NCBI GenBank assembly: GCA_003990765.1
Contig: RBNJ01000192.1
Span: 1 to 37,241, forward strand
Length of the DNA: 37,241 nucleotides
Direction of reading: 5' to 3'
Origin: Jimgerdemannia flammicorona
Lineage: Eukaryota
The position numbers and the translations under genes are program-made. The notes beneath the pieces are model-generated. The model was not told the origin of the DNA. It was given only the letters and a program-made list of their open reading frames with translations, and did not search any database. Shown here piece by piece: positions 35,486-37,241 of this stretch. Within the stretch, counting starts at the first letter, position 1, and the number at the start of each line of letters is the position of its first letter.

Positions 35486-37241
35486 GTTTGATTATGCCTT
35501 TGTTTGAGTTGACGATTCAAGGATACGTCAATTTGTGGCACAGTGTTTTTAAGCCCTGTGAATGAAGCCCGAGAATGACAGGATACCACTTGGCGACTAA
35601 GCCTCCGGTGGTACACAAACGTCGCCAAGCCGCGAGATAGACTTTGCAAATTGCTCGTCCATCTCTGTACTATAACAGAGAAGCACAATATAACAAATAT
35701 AGCGGATGTAAGCGGGTTATATAATTGCGTGTATGTAGTCGCAAAATTATTATAAATAAATTCAGGGAGCACACTTTATGCACCATGTCAATCATTGTCG
35801 AACACTTGCGGCCCTAGCCAGACTGGTCGGACGCTATAGATACTAGCTCAAAACTTCCCTGGAAGTGAAAAGGGAGCTCGTGAGCAAACAAAAGGACGGG
35901 CCAATTGAGAAGAAAAAAAGAGGATCAAGGAATGGGACAAACATTTGTAGAGCACTATACTGATAGGCCAATCGAACCTCGCGAAAAGAACGCACCGGAT
36001 CTCAACCTCTCTGAAGGACTACCCAGTCTCGTTCCTGATGCAAAACGCAGATGCCCAAGTTCTTCAGCTATCTCAACTATTACTAGATCCTACCTAATCT
36101 CCTCCCCGGTCCCCCCCTCCTTTCCTTAAACACCTTCTCGACTCTCTCCTTTTCCCTTCTCCTTTCCAACTCGCCCCTCACCGCGCTCCTCAGCGTCCCC
36201 ATTCTCCATCATATGTAGCCACTCTATGGAGACACCTGGTACCAAACTCCCAATCCGACCACAACAAATCAGAACAAACAATCCCACTTTGTCACCATCC
36301 CGTCAAGGGGCAGGGACCGGACTCTAGTATATATATAAATCGACACTCCCCTTTGGTCCACATCCCCCGATCGCACCCGAGTCAATTTACACGCGAATTA
36401 ACTACCTGTAGAAGCCCCCCAATATTTCATGTGACGGATCCCCGTGTAGAAGCACGAGGAGCGTGATGCAGATCACGGGGTCGGGGATTGACGGGTGGAC
36501 GGTAGGACAAGGTTCGGGTTCCAGGACCCAGGCTGGCGGGGAAGTACAGTACGTACGTATGTACTTGGGTGAGTGCGTTTTGGAAGCGAAAGTGCTCGAC
36601 AGGCCCTTTGGATACTACAACGCTCCGGCGAACTGAACTGCGGCACGGAAAGTTAACGAGCCCCGGAGCGTAGCACCGAAATGGTCTGGCGTTGTGGTGA
36701 GTCTTCGGCTGGGCGGAGCGTGAAAGGAAATGATACATACCCGCGGGCTGCGTGATTGTGTTTTGCCCAAACACGGATGGATAGAGGATAGGAAAGACCG
36801 GAAGAGGAGAAAGGAGAGGTAAAGAGAACGATCCCCTCCAGACATCGACTCCACTTTTGTGTGCGACACCCGAAAACGCCTGACTCAGGGTCTACAGCTC
36901 AAGTCCAGCCTCCGTCGTCATCGGCTGTCAAACAAAGTGGTCTGATTCCAGGACGCGTTTGATCTGATAAAACGAAAGGCCGCGTATGATGTGATGTGGC
37001 GCCGGAAAGATGGATCTGATAAGCCTCAGGTGTGGTGTGATGTACGGGGAATAGCAGAGGCGCGGAATGGGTCGGAGTTTGAGTTGTTTGTATCGGGGAA
37101 AAAGACGTATGATGTGCAGCGTGTACCGCGGAAGATATTGATGGAAGTGAAATTATACAAAGACGTGCTCGTTATAGGATTCCTTTTTCCAATAATCGTT
37201 AATGCCGTTTTGAGTAGTCAATCATGGAAGCCGCGAAAAAA

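Noticed and set aside
35900..37241. Short ORFs and TATA-like TATATATAAAT (~36330) at the right end
   Set aside because: No recognisable domain or consistent exon structure. It may be the promoter or UTR of a gene outside the window.

Overview
Eukaryotic, fungal-type genomic window (spliceosomal GT-AG introns with CTAAC/CTGAC branch points). The gene families suggest Mucoromycota, possibly Endogonales, but that is inference. There are two compartments. (1) 1-~14,950 is a transposon graveyard. It holds a young minus-strand Ty3/Gypsy LTR retrotransposon (5' LTR 2500-2894, PBS, single gag-dUTPase-protease-RT frame broken only by TGA stops), a heavily C>T/G>A-mutated plus-strand Gypsy pol with an extra 3' ORF, and a hAT-like foldback MITE (8817-11866, 8-bp TSD) split by a 5'-truncated L1/Tx1-like LINE (9046-11553). 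From ~2,900 onward this compartment is almost CpG-free and AT-rich. (2) ~15,000-37,241 is CpG-rich and gene-containing. It holds an SRPBCC-like gene, an orphan with a myristoylation motif, a three-exon ornithine decarboxylase antizyme gene that the ORF track misses because it needs a +1 frameshift at UCC-UGA (20709-21699, minus), a decayed C2H2 zinc-finger gene, and a tandem array of five BTB-BACK-SPRY genes (three intact, two pseudogenes). The array's variation concentrates in predicted SPRY loops, and each spacer carries a decayed head-to-head exon. The best candidates for novelty are the diversifying BTB-SPRY array, the RIP-like CpA>TpA hypermutation and the dUTPase-carrying Gypsy element.
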